Shown here one piece after another: positions 24,567-37,146 of a stretch of DNA of 64,000 nt. How positions within the stretch are numbered: the stretch's first letter is position 1; every line of letters begins with the position of its first letter. Origin of the DNA: Malacoraja senta (lineage: Eukaryota); NCBI GenBank assembly GCA_038087875.1, contig JAXLNO010002060.1, positions 62,001 to 126,000 on the forward strand, given 5' to 3'. Made by a program: the position numbers and the translations under genes. The notes below the pieces were generated by a model, which made no database searches, was not told the origin of the DNA, and worked only from the letters and a program-made list of their open reading frames with translations.

Positions 24567-25040
24567 TCACAGGGTGTACAAGCAGTTTAATCTGCTTTGG
24601 AATAACCATAAGGGTTTTGGTTTTTTTTCCCCCATTTTTAACACCAGTGGGTACCACACCTGTGTAGGCCAATCTGGTACTACCAAAATCCCTGAGGCTG
24701 AATCTTGTTTAATTTTCTGTATGCATTTGTGGATTAAACAAAATGGTGGAAACGCATACAGAAACATACCACCCCAATGTAGCGAGAAAGCATCCACCAC
24801 TACTGCACCAGGATCAGGTTCCCATGACACATACTTAGGCAACTGGTGGTTCAATCTTGATGCAAACAGATCAATTTCTGGCATTCCAAATTGTGTGATA
24901 ATTTGTGTGAATATTTTCCGATTTAACATCCATTCTGTATTATCATTAAATTTATGTGATCTTTTGTCTGCAATTGTATTAATTTTTACCTGGTAAATAT
25001 TGCTGACAGACACATTTTTCTGGCAATACCCCAGGTCCAA
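24567..25040 (-). pseudogene. DIRS DAM-like methyltransferase domain (frameshifted from RNaseH)
   Basis: IDLFAS and YAFPPF motifs; VVPDWPTQVWY. Confidence 0.8.
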
Positions 25041-26498
25041 ATTTCATTTGCCAATTTATCACATGATTCTGATTTTATACCACCCATGTGATTTATGTAT
25101 GCTACAGCTGTAGTATTGTCAACCTGTACCTGAACATGCACATTTCCCATATCAGTGCAATAAGCTCTAAGGCCGTAAAATGCGCCTAATAGCTCTAGGT
25201 AATTGATTCCCAGTTTTTCCAGCAAAGGTACTTCATTCACATTCCACCTACCTCCACAGCTGGAAATCATGTTAGTAGCGCCCCAACTCAGCGCACTTAC
25301 ATCAGTCTGTCGAGTGACGGAAGGTGTTTCTACCAGAACTTTTCTGGAAGCATTAGAAACATTGTTAATCCACCATTCTATTTCTGTAATGGATTGAATT
25401 GTTAATTTCATGGGCCTATCAAAATGCCCTCTATTCATTTTTAACGCTTGTACCTTAGCTCTCTGTAAACATTGATAATGCAATGGTCCAAACGTGACCG
25501 CTGGAAACCCTGCAATTAATTTGCCTAGCAAGCTTGCCACTTCTCTAATTGAAGATGTGTCCTCGTTAATGAGTTTTATGCAACCTTCAATTAACTGCAG
25601 CTTTTTATCTTTTGGCAAAGTGATTACCATGTGTTCGGAGTTAATTGTGAACCCTAGGTAATCAATCTTTTTGCTTGGTAACAATTTAGATTTTTGTAGG
25701 TGAATAATGAAACCTAATTTCTCAAAATGTATTTGACTGGATACTGACAATTTTGCAGCAGCCAAAGTGTCCCCTACAATGAGGATATCATCTAAATAAG
25801 CCATTAATACATGGCCCTCAGCTCTTAACAGAGCTAAAATTGGTTTGAGCAATTTAGTGAATAATCTTGGTGCTGAAATCAGACCATTGGGCAATGCTTT
25901 AAATTGCCATAACTGACTCATCCATCTAAATTTCAAATATCTTTGATCATTACCATGCATTGCCACAGAATAATATGCATTTTGCAGATCTATGCTTGCC
26001 TTGTAGCAATTCTTTGTGACTAGCTAAATGGCATTAGTAAATGTTTCCATTTTGAAATGTTTCTATTGTACATAAAGGTTAAGATTTGTCAGATCGGAAA
26101 TGATTCTACGTCCACCATCCCTTTTCTAGGAGAATATTCCTAGGAGAATATTTGACACAAACTGATGGTGTTGTTCTACTGACATTTATATCATCCTTTT
26201 CTGAATAACATTTTTCAATTCTCCTTTGATCAACCCATTCTCTTCCTTTGAAAAAAATCTGTGACCAGTTTGAATTATGCTGAATTGGAGGATCCAAAAG
26301 TGGAGAGAACTCAATTTTGAATCCAACAATGCTACATAGAATAAATGAATCATTTGTTATTGATTGCCATTCTTTTAGGAAGAATCGTAACCTTCCCCTT
26401 ATTTGTGAGTGTGAAACATTTGTTGTGTTTCTTACCAGACCAAGCCCCCTAACCTCGGGGTTTGCCACCGGCAGTTGTTGTCCCCTTCTAGTAGGCAC
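24986..26498 (-). pseudogene. DIRS RT-RNaseH with stops and frameshifts
   Basis: DLQNAYY, ALPNGL..APRLFTK, YLDD; RNaseH TDVS, INYLEL, VDNTTAVAYINHMGG. Two in-frame TAG codons near 26020-26070. Confidence 0.9.
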
Positions 26499-28094
26499 AT
26501 TGTAACCTCCACGTATCCTCGGTGCAGCATGTCAACGTGTATATGAGAATGATAGGATTGTTCCTTCTCCAGCACCACATTTCGCCTGTAGGGATACTGC
26601 CTTCTCACCGCTCTGCTCAGCATAGGTGATCCTTTAGTTTCTTTGTTAGATTTTCTCCAAAACAGATTTAGGCATTTGTATATTGGATGATTTGCAGAGC
26701 CTGCATACTTAGGATGAATATTTGGTCTTATTGCATTTTTATGAATACAATTTATTTCAAAGTGCGCACTACACATGAGTGCTAAGGCATTTTGTTGTGA
26801 ATACGATATATAACCTTCATCCAAACCACTGACCCCAGAAATTTCAGCACTTGTGTAATTTCAATTCTTGTGAGCGTAAACCACTGCTCAAATTACCCAT
26901 ATCAAGTTTATTCACTGCTGTAACTGCTACAATTTCCCGGGTCTCATATTTTTTTTGTCTCATCCATGGTTAATTCCTGGGGCTGATGGGAGAGTAGATA
27001 ATTTATAGTCATAGCTATTTCCTCTCTCAAAGGTTCCCCTGTTACTCTGGGAACAGCAAAGTTTTGTGCCAGCCTTGGAACATTTGTGGCTCTGATAATG
27101 GGCTCTGGTCCTCATTTAAATCATCATCTAAATTTAAATATTCATTTTTATGTTGGGTAATTTCTGGCTCCCCTGTTTCAGGTAAGTCTCTGCCAGATTC
27201 CCCCTGCGCGGGCTCTCTTGTAGGCCCACGGACAGGCAGCCCTGCTTCAGGTGCTGCTGGCGCTGGCTCAATTCTAGGCCAACGCTTCATTATTTTTACA
27301 CTTTATATTTGTCGGTGCTGGCACATTTATCATTGCACGTTTGTGCTGCCTTTAGTTCAGGCATTTCTAGTACTGGCTCTCCAATAGGCCAACACATAAC
27401 TTGCCTTTTTTATGGCATTTTTGGGCACTGGCTCTCCTGTAGGCCAACCTCTTTAATGTTTCTGCACAGGCACTGATGGCTCTCCTGTAGGCCACCCTTG
27501 TGCCTGTTCCAAGGCACCTCCTGTGCTATATTTCATTGGCTAACACCGACTTAAATCCTCCTGTGGGGGTTCTTTACAAATCATCTGCCCCATAAGGAGT
27601 TATAATGTTTTTGACCCTTGCAGTGTAATACTCTTTCCTGCCTCAGGAGGGCATACCTCCGGGTCTGACTCATCCGAGTCTACAGGTCGGGCCGATTTTT
27701 GCCTTGCGCCCGCCCGCGGCGGTTTAACGCACATTCGACCACAACTGGAGTTAATGGCTTCGCTGCCACTGACTCCCCTGACTGACGCCCGCTACCCTTA
27801 GGATCTGGGGTTTTACTACAGTGCGTCCCTGGCCGCCTCTCCTTCCCATTTCTCCATAATAAACTTGTGTGGAGTTCCATCAAACAAGTCTAAACGGGAA
27901 GGAAACGCTCCTGTAAGTGAAAAGTAACTCACTTACCTTCCGACTTTTGTTTTACTTTTGTTTTACTCACCGGCTGGAGGAGCTCCTGCTCCTCCACACA
28001 CGGTCATGAACGCTATGCGTCTGATCGATAATGACGCGTGTGCGGCTGGACGGGGCTTCTTCACGTAGTCACTCACGTGACTCCGAAGTAAAAT

Positions 28095-28720
28095 CAGCTG
28101 GGGAGGGGATGATGGGCAGATGGAGCAAAGTTGGTGTATGGGTGGTTGTGGGAGAACAAATGAACACCAGTGGTATGGATAAGCTGAAATGTGAAAACTT
28201 TATATTTATATAAAGTTACCCAGGTGGATTATCAGATATTTTACTTAAAACTTTCTGTGCCCAAGGTTAACGACAGATGGGTGAGTGTGAGAGTGGGAAG
28301 GGGTATTAAAATACCATATAACAGATCTCAGGATGATCTTTACTTCAAAGGGATGTGCTGTACAAAATGGTTGACATCTAAGCTAGTTTCTCCACAGTGT
28401 GAGCAATGATTGCAGTATAGAAAGTTGAAAGAGATGCAAGTGAACCTCTGTCTCATTTGAACAGTTTATTCTCCTGTTGTTCACCTCTTCCTCCTCCTCT
28501 CCCACCTGTTTCCATCTACCCATTATCCTCTCCCCACCTGGTTCTACGTTTGATCTACCAGCCTCTGTCCTATCCCTCCCTGATTGCTATATATTGGCAA
28601 TTCATCCTCTTCCCTCACAGGTCTGGTGCAGGTTCTTGACCCTATTTGTGACATCAACCATTTGTCCCAATAATTTTGCTTGAGCCATTGAATGCTTTCA
28701 GTCTTCTATTTTTAGTTGCA
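28095..28720 (-). mobile_element. Penelope-like remnant, the DIRS host (continues 22800-23020; contiguous in the mirror at ~55950-56800)
   Basis: 'RQRFTCTSFNFLYCIHCSHCG' at ~28390-28460 (mirror 56212-56275) is a GIY-YIG N-terminal motif. Confidence 0.6.
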
Positions 28721-31700
28721 GATTCCATTAGCTACAGTCATTATTGGATAGAATATATTTTGTTTTAACACTGCATTTAGTCTGAGACACAGCACCAATA
28801 AATGTTGTTACATAACGCTTGGTTATTTGATGTCAAAAGTCTTGATTGTTTTTACTTTGTACATTTCTAATCTAATGCAAAGAATTTATCATCCATATGA
28901 ATATAAAATTGTCCACAGTGACTGGTGGCACAGTGATCAAGTTCATTTTATGTGGCTCATTTGGTACAAGTTCTGCTCTTGAGATTTCACCTAATAATAG
29001 TTGCCTGTAGAATGTGTTTGATGAATAGACCATTGCGTATAAGATTTTTGGAAATAGATTGGCATGAAATCCAAGTAAACACATTGGATTGCACCCTGTT
29101 TTATAGTGGCTTCATGTTGCCAAGTAAAGGCAAGATATATGGAATGTGCAAGATATAATATGAAAGATATAATATGCAAGGCGCAAAATTAAATTGTTGT
29201 TAAGAAAATGTAAGGCCTCCATTTATTTGCAACAGCATCAATCACAGTATTCTTACGTCAAAGTTGATTTTGTATTTTTTAAAGAATGAATGGGAACAAA
29301 ATGATCAAAAATGAATTGGCAGTCAAAGTAATACAAGGTTGTAGTAGAGACAAGTGTGTAGGAACAGGCCACTCTGCCTATCCTGCCAATACTGGTGCAT
29401 ATAGTCCACATGACCCTCTTCCCACCCTATGCGATCTGCAACATGGTTGGCAAGTCTATGCTGGATTCTCCAATGTAGAACCGACTATTCTTTTCTCTTT
29501 TGTGTTTGCCCAGCCGTCCCCTGAATGCAATTCATTGATCTGGATCCTCATGCTCACCAGTATTGGGTGGGAGGGGAGGAGAGGGAGCATTCTCTGTCGA
29601 ATTCCCTGCTGGATTTTATGGTGGAAAAGTTTTCACCATAGTGATTCATTTAAAAGCTTTATGTATTTTAATATCTCCCTTCAGCCACTTCTCAAAGGGG
29701 TGGAGGGCAGGGGGTGGACAACTTACCCAGGGACATTCGATGACCGTGTTTTGTTTATTTTATCCAAACATTTTTTAATATAGATTAATATAGTATTCTT
29801 TTTTTGTATCTTGGGTAAGCACATTGAAATAGCAATGGATGGCGTGTTCAGAAAATTATTTCTGATTTGTCCTCGCTTTGTGAACACCAAACCAATGTAT
29901 GCATCTGCAAAAAGGCATTGGCACCAGGGTCTCAGTTCCTTTTAAGCATCCCAGTTATCATGTTCTTCAATGCAGAGGAAATGTGGCCACGATAAATACA
30001 AAAATGTTGAAATGCAGAATATAAAAGTAATAGGAATTCAGGCATTTGAGCCTCAACTATTATTCCATGTGATCAATTGTGACCTAAAATTTATACCTTG
30101 ATCCTTTTATTTCTCTGATCCTTTGACCATACAAATAACATATAACTCCTTGTATAAATTCAATGATCTGTGTTCAACTGCTTCCAGTGGTGTAACATTC
30201 CACACCTTCATCATTCTGTGGGAGAAGTAATCGCTCTTCATCTCAACTTGAAGCCTGATCATCAGATTGTGACCACTGGGTACTGAACTGACCGGATTTC
30301 CCTCTTNNNNNNNNNNNNNNNNNNNNNNNNNNNNNNNNNNNNNNNNNNNNNNNNNNNNNNNNNNNNNNNNNNNNNNNNNNNNNNNNNNNNNNNNNNNNNN
30401 NNNNNNNNNNNNNNNNNNNNNNNNNNNNNNNNNNNNNNNNNNNNNNNNNNNNNNNNNNNNNNNNNNNNNNNCTCTTTCTCGTTTTTCATATTGTTTACCA
30501 TGTACTATGTTTACATATTCCATTGTGCTGCAGTGAGTAAGAATTTCATTGTACTATCTGGGACATATGACAATAAAACACTCTTGACTCTCTTGAATCT
30601 GTACAGACCCATAAGAGTGTTGTAGTTAATTTTGAATAGTCCTAATCACAATGTAAAACTAATCGCCCAAATCGCCCTTCATACATTAGTCCTCCCATCC
30701 CTGAAATCTGATGAACCTTCACAGCACTCCCTCCATAACAAGAACAATCTTCCTAAGATCAGGAGACTAAAACTGCAGATGCCATGGTCTTGGCAAGCAC
30801 ATTTCTCAGAATAACATGATGTATCTTTAGAAAGGGATAAGGAGGAATCTCTAGAGTCAGAGGGTGGTGAATCACATATTAAGTTCTTGGAGCTCTGGAA
30901 AATTATCAATCTTTGATGGGAAGAATGGATAGGGAGGCTGCTCACTTTGCTGGAGGGTTTGAGAGCGGACAACGAATTATATGCAACGTGCGTTTGGAAT
31001 TTCAAGTGTATGGCACGTAGATGTTGTGTAATTGTCTCCATTATGCCCTTAGTGCATTGGAAAATGTAAACAGGGTTTTCACCTATGATGACATTTTCTG
31101 CTAACAGCACTTTATGGTAAGCAAGTAGGCTGGCTTTGGGAAACAATTAGATGATTGAGGGCTCACTTAGAATAACTGGGAAATGATGGAGCAGCCTACA
31201 AGGATATTTATTGTAGCTAAAGGATAAGTTAAACCTTTCTTTCTCCGAGACATGCAAGAATAGCTCGGTGCTTGATTTAATGCAGAACCTTTGAAGGACA
31301 GTGGCTGGGCCCGCAATATCTCCACACCAGCCATCATAAATAGGAGTCTCCAATGGGCAGAAGACTGTGAGACTTGATGGTATTTGCCACGGCTTCTATC
31401 ATTTAACACATTGAGCTGAAAGCCATGAGATTCGTTGCTTTTTTAATGCTTTGTCTTTTAATTTGACATAATAAAGATAGTCATTTGTACCCTTGAAATT
31501 TTCTTTCTCCGTTCATTGATCCAAATCCTATTTATGTTTCATCACAAAGAGAGAATTGGATAAACTAATTGTGAGCAAAAACACGCAAAACTACAGTCTA
31601 AGGGCTGGGGTTGAACAAATAATTTTCTCCAGTAGAGAGGTGGCATTGGCCTGATAGGATGAATGGTCTCCATCAGCACAGTAAACATTTAAATGATCCA

Positions 31701-32589
31701 TTGATTTGTATTCATCATCGTATATCAAATAAACTTAGGGATACGGAAGGAGAAATATTTTGGCCTGTTTATATGGTGCAAAATAACCCACCCCAGAACA
31801 ATAAATAGTTGTGAATTTACACTTAATATTATCTGTCACTGAAGCAGAGTGCAGAGGTTCTCAAATTCATTTAAGAAATAGTATTAAGGCGACTGTATAG
31901 AAAATGGTGGGTATTGCTTGGCTGCAAGATGGGAGTAGTATTGTAGTGGTAGTGATGAGGTGTTTTGATGGCAGTGATCATAATTTAGCATGATTAAAGT
32001 AGCAATGTACACTAGGAATGCAGGTTCGCAGCTGAGGTGAAAGCATTTCCAAGACTGCAACATAATTTAACAGAAATGTAATACAAAATGTAATAAAATA
32101 GGGCAAATGAATGGTAACAGTTAACAGATCTCTGGGGATACTAGAAACTGCAGATATTTGATTGTTGAGCAAAACTGTTGGAGGAACACAGTGGGTCAGG
32201 CAACATCTGTGGGATGGAATGAACCAACGACATTTCAGGCTGGAACTCTTGTTCAGACTGGTGACTTCAAAACGTTGTCAGTCGATTCCCACCACAGATG
32301 CTGCCTGACACACTGAATTCTTCATGCATTTGTTTTCAACACACCAGCTGGAAAGAGTCCAGAGAAGATTTACAAGGAGACTTGATAGTGGCATTTGAAG
32401 TCTTTAGAAAGGCATAGATATGCAGTGAAAGGATGGATATGGAACATGTGTTGGTGGAGGAGATTAGTTCAACTTGGCATCACGTTCGGAACAGAAGGTG
32501 TGGGCCCAAGGGCCTGTTCCTATGCTGAACTGTTCTGCAAGTCACTGAGTCTATGTTCAGGGAGGGTGAGGTTGAGAAGGCTCTGATTT

Positions 32590-33510
32590 CAATAGAAAAT
32601 AGGTGCAGGAGTAGGCCATTCGATCCTTCGAGCCAGCACCGCCATTCAATGTGATCATGGCTGATCATCCCCAATCAGTACCCCGTTCCTGCCTTCTCCC
32701 CATATCCCCTGACTCCGCTATTTTTAAGAGCCCTATCTAGCTCTCTCTTGAAAGCATCCAGAGAACCTGCCTCCACCGCCCTCTGAGGCAGAGAATTCCA
32801 CAGACTCACCACTCTCTGTGAGAAAAAGTGTTTCATCGTCTCCGTTCTAAATGGCTTACTCCTTATTCTTAAACTGTGATCCTTGGTTCTGGAACTGTGG
32901 CCCTTGGTTCTGGATTTCATTCCTTAGAGTGCAGGAGGATGGGGTGATCTGAAAGGTTTACAAAATTATGAGAGCAATCAATCAGGTAAATGCGCTTGAG
33001 TTTTTTGCCCACAATAGGGGACTCGAGAACCAGAGGATACAGATTTACTGTGAGAGGTGGGTGAGTGGGGAGATTTAATAGGAACCTGGGGATAACATTT
33101 TTACACAAAGAGTGGTGGGTATATGGAACGGGCTGCCAGAGGAGGAGGTTGAGACAGGTACTATCATAACAATAAACAGACAATTGGACAGGTACATGCA
33201 TAGGATAGGTTTAGAGGGTTATGAGCCAAGCGTGGGGAGTTGGGACTAATGTAGATGGGGCATGCTGTGCCGAAAAGCCCGTTTCAACGCAGTGTGATTC
33301 GATGACTCAATCCCACTTTGGCACCTTACACATCTTACTAGGGGCAATTTACAGGGGGCAATTAACCTATAAACCTGCACGAGTTTGGAATGTGGGTGGA
33401 GACCAGCGCCCGGAGAAAACCCACGTACGACGTTCACACAGACAGCATCCGTAGTCGGGATCAAACCCGGGTCTCTGACGCTGCGAGGCATCCGTTCGAC
33501 TGCTGCGCAT
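32590..33510. mobile_element. CR1 3' fragments in both orientations plus a SINE (mirror ~51245-52170)
   Basis: 'KHFFSQRVVSLWNSLPQRAVEAGSLDAFKRELDRAL' is the CR1 C-terminus; SINE head at ~33490-33510. Confidence 0.75.
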
Positions 33511-35410
33511 TTTTTTGTATTTTCTGATTTAAATCAAAGATTTTGGTATAGATATGAGGGATGGGATACTGAGTTGGATGATCAGCCATGATCATATCGA
33601 ATGGCGGTGCAGGCTCGAAGGGCCGAATGGCCTACTCCTGCACCTATTTTCTATGTTTTCTATGAGTTCCATGTTTAGGAAATGTGTGAATGTCAGCAAA
33701 GTTGTTTGCAGGTGTAGTATTAGGCATGATGTAAACTGCCTTGACATTCAATAACATTACCAAGCTAACTCCTCCGCCATCAATCTCTGTTCAAATAATA
33801 ATTGAATCACCGTCTTTTTGACCAGACAGTAGGACTCGCGTGAACTTGGAAGCTGCAGGTGCTTATGTCCTGGGGAAACGACTCATTTGGACTGGTGTTA
33901 CGTTTTGCCACTGAATGGAAGATTATAATCATTTTTCTCTGGACGGTGGAATCAACACCCTTTCGCTTTCCAAGCGGGCAATTAGTGCTGTTCTCCCTTT
34001 GAAATCTACCGTGTAAAAATAGCACCTGCAGATCAAGATCCAAATTGACCGCCATTCTGATTTGGAAAGATGTCGCTGATCCTCAGTATTGCAAATGCCG
34101 AAACGCCCCACGCCGACAGAATATTGTACTGGCGCCAGGAGGTCTTCAGCGGTGGAAAAAAGGATGGTTCTTCACCAAAGGCAAAAAGGAAATTTTAATA
34201 AAACCTTGCTAAACACTGGGTGCTGCAATCGATAGATACAACGTATTGGTTTATTATTGACACGGGTAACGAGATACAGTGAAAACCCCTTTGCGTGGTA
34301 TTTAGCCAAATCATACTATGCATGAATACAATTAAGCCATACATAAGTAATGTAAAGATGTAAAAAATACCAGCGTGCAGAATATAGTGTTACAGCGTTC
34401 TGACGCTGCGCTTACAGCTAATGTGCAGATAAAATACATGTACAAGTGTACATTGCCTAACGTAGACGGGCTCGGCGATTTGCAATGGTGCATAAAAGGC
34501 TTCTATGAGATGATTTCCCCGCAGTTGCATGAAGCTGATATAGGGATGCGATGCATGGATTCATAATGGGACTGAGAGAGGGAGCTGTGTGGTGAGAAGT
34601 TTTGTGCATTTTAGTGAGTTAGTCTCTGTGCTACGTCAGGATGATAATATTTCGATTTAGTGACATCACAAAGAAATACGGATAGTAATTGACAATATTA
34701 AAAGCTGTTCCATGGAGACGTCGCAAAGAACATGACGAATGGCATTTACAAGATATGAACAAAGAACAACCTATCGGAGGAACTCTGTGGATCAGGCAGC
34801 ATCTGTGCTGGGGAGGGACAGATTAAGTTTCGTGTCGAAACCCTTGGCTTCCTTCAGAAATGTGTTTTTTTTTCCTCAAGATTCAAGCTTCGGCAACCTC
34901 TTGTGCCTCCATTTGCAAGACATATTGAATAATGAAAGGACTAGATATAGTGTATGTGGAGGGAATGTTTCCACTATTGGGAAAGTCTAGGACCAGGGGC
35001 CACAACCTCAGAACAGTTGTAGGGTGGTGATTATGTGGAATTGGTTGCTACAGAAGGCTGTGGAGGCCATGTCAATGGATATTTTTTCAGGTGGAGATAG
35101 ATAAATTCTTGATTAGTGCGGATGTCAGTGGTTAAGGGGAGAAGGCAGGAGAATGGGGTAAAGAATGAAAGATAGATCTACCATAATTGAATGGAAGAAT
35201 AGTCATGATGGGCGGAATGGCCTAATTGTGCTCCTATAATTTGTTATTTTATGAACATATGAAGACTTGGCTTCTTTAGGTTAGTTGATAAATACTTCTG
35301 AGATGCTTTCGTGGAGTTGCTCATGTTCGAAACACAAACGGCATGCCATCTATGCTCTGTCGAAACAATTTTTATTATGCGACAACACGTAAATGGATTT
35401 AGATAATAGA

Positions 35411-35947
35411 TTAAGAAAAAACGTTACGTGATCTCTGGTCCGAGGTTAGAACTAATTTATTCAATAAAGTAAAAGGATATTTCAGCGTATTCGTCAATGA
35501 TTCTCTGAACTTTGCCTGAGCCACCGCATAAATAAACGTGTTTGTGCACGAACTCAGGCACTGCAGCATATACCCAGTGTGCTCCATAATGGCGAAAGGA
35601 TCGTTGTAATCTGTGAGCATGAACTCAACGCCTGTAAATTGTGTGCATATGTAATGTACAAATGTTACTATCCATAGCAGTATAAAACAGCTTGAGATGG
35701 AGAGCAGTAAAATGATCGATTTTCTGCGGTTTACAATCTCCGGATCAGTGCAATCCTCGCTTTTCCCGTCACCCCGGAGTCCCTTCCTTATCCGACTAGC
35801 CTGTAAAATATGTCTGGTGGTCAGGGCATTAAGCAGCTCAATCAAAAGGAAAGGTACAAACGGTGTTAAGGTGATGTCGAAGAAGAAGTATGCAACCCAT
35901 ATTGGTAAACTGAAGAGACTTGACTTCACTTTGCAGAACCATGTCAC
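35411..35947 (-). pseudogene. 3' half of a single-exon class A GPCR (GPR139-like family expanded in chondrichthyans); left arm only
   Basis: Open frame 'VTWFCKVKSS...TPFVPFLLIELLNALTTRHIL...DPEIVNRRKSIILLLSISSCFILLW...LSSCTNTFIYAVAQAKFRE' covers ECL2, TM5, TM6, TM7 and helix 8. Cut at ~35948 by a CR1 tail microsatellite. Confidence 0.8.
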
Positions 35948-35970
35948 ATAGATACATACATAGATTAGCA

Positions 35971-36999
35971 ATGTTACAAAATTTTGAGATTTACAAAATA
36001 AAGTCTGCAATTTATCCCATCAGATAAAGCATAAAAAGAAGTTTAATTTGACACTTAATTCACTTTCATATCTTCAGTATTAAAAAAGTTATGGCCATTA
36101 TCATACTCAGAAATTAGCATCTAGTTCCCTATTGCTTTTCCATTGACTTAACACAAAAGCTGTGATCGAGGACAGTTAAAAGCCCATAACTTTCTTAAAA
36201 ATTATGATAACTGAAAGACATTTTCAGTTATTATAGATTGAAGCATTCTGAAACAAATATGAAACAATCTTACTTCGAAGACATGAAAGTAAAGCATATA
36301 ATTAGTTAGTTACCTAATTGTAGCTAATTACAAAATTCAATTACTAGATCTAAACATCTATCAATTTCTTAAGAATAGATTAACATTTTTAAATAGCCTA
36401 AGTGTCCAAATAACATTCACACAATAATTCACAATATAACATAATTTTTAAATCTTATTGTCATGAATTTACAGGCCAAATGGAAGGAATTGAATGTTTA
36501 ATACCTGTAAATTAATGGCATTTAAATCATCTTGCGAGTGAGGATTTCTGGAACGCGATCTTTTGGAACGTTCATTTGCGGTGAATTTACCCCGTATTGG
36601 CATGAAAAATACTGCCGTTAATTCGGGGAATAAAATCACCGTGTCGCATGAATAAATGTGAATTAAAGGCTTCTTAAGAAGCACTTTTATACATTTTAAG
36701 AAACCACTTTCGTTTACCTGTCCCGTGTGTGAAATCCGTCCCCGTTATCGGCGTTGACGCTTCAGGAGCTGCTTTTAAAATTACTCTAGCGCTGACATTG
36801 ACGATTTAATAAAAATAAAAAATACACAAAAGGCCACTAGGAACGATTTGTCAGCCAAGGCTTGTACTCCAACAAAATATTAACCAGGACAAGGGAGGAG
36901 AAACCCGCGTTTTAACCCCGCCCCCCCTTAAAGGCGCCAAAATCGCGCACACGGCCAGTGGCAGAATTACAGCGCGACTGAAGGTAAGTTTTGTAACAT
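35971..36999. mobile_element. AT-rich ~1 kb element with short TIRs inside a CR1 tail (mirror ~48826-49840, one end deleted)
   Basis: ATGTTACAAAATTT (35971-35984) versus AAGTTTTGTAACAT (36986-36999), 13/14 inverted. Flanked on both sides by (CATAGATA)n CR1 tail sequence; no TSD seen. Confidence 0.45.
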
Positions 37000-37146
37000 A
37001 CCTACATAGATACATAGAAAATAGGTGCAGGAGTAGGCCATTCGGCCCTTCGAGCCTGCACCGCCATTCAATATGATCATGGCTGATCATCCAACTCAGT
37101 ATCCCGTACCTGCCTTCTCTCCATACCCACTGATCCCCTTAGCCAC

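Larger units (their letters stand above)
23021..28094 (-). mobile_element. DIRS1-type tyrosine-recombinase retrotransposon, full length; left arm only
   Basis: gag-like region, RT/RNaseH, DAM-like MT and YR in order. lITR 28032-28066 inverts to 23095-23130. ICR 23247-23360 is complementary to both termini. Empty site at 56580-56582. Confidence 0.95.

Noticed and set aside
23528-26498. Intact YR beside a broken RT as evidence of recombinase domestication
   Set aside because: With ~1-3% divergence, a 1-kb ORF staying open by chance is unremarkable.
29286-29783. 165-aa ORF conserved as a mirror pair (54887-55384), and similar short paired ORFs
   Set aside because: The pairing is explained by the duplication. 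The opposite strand carries a degenerate Penelope 'YIGES..RL' motif, and no domain is recognisable in the ORF itself.
30679-31146. 155-aa ORF in non-repeat-looking DNA
   Set aside because: No recognisable motif or splice context, and it is truncated in the mirror (53609-53902).
33780-34200. CpG-richer unique-looking segment (mirror ~50560-50980)
   Set aside because: No convincing ORF, splice or promoter evidence; left unassigned.
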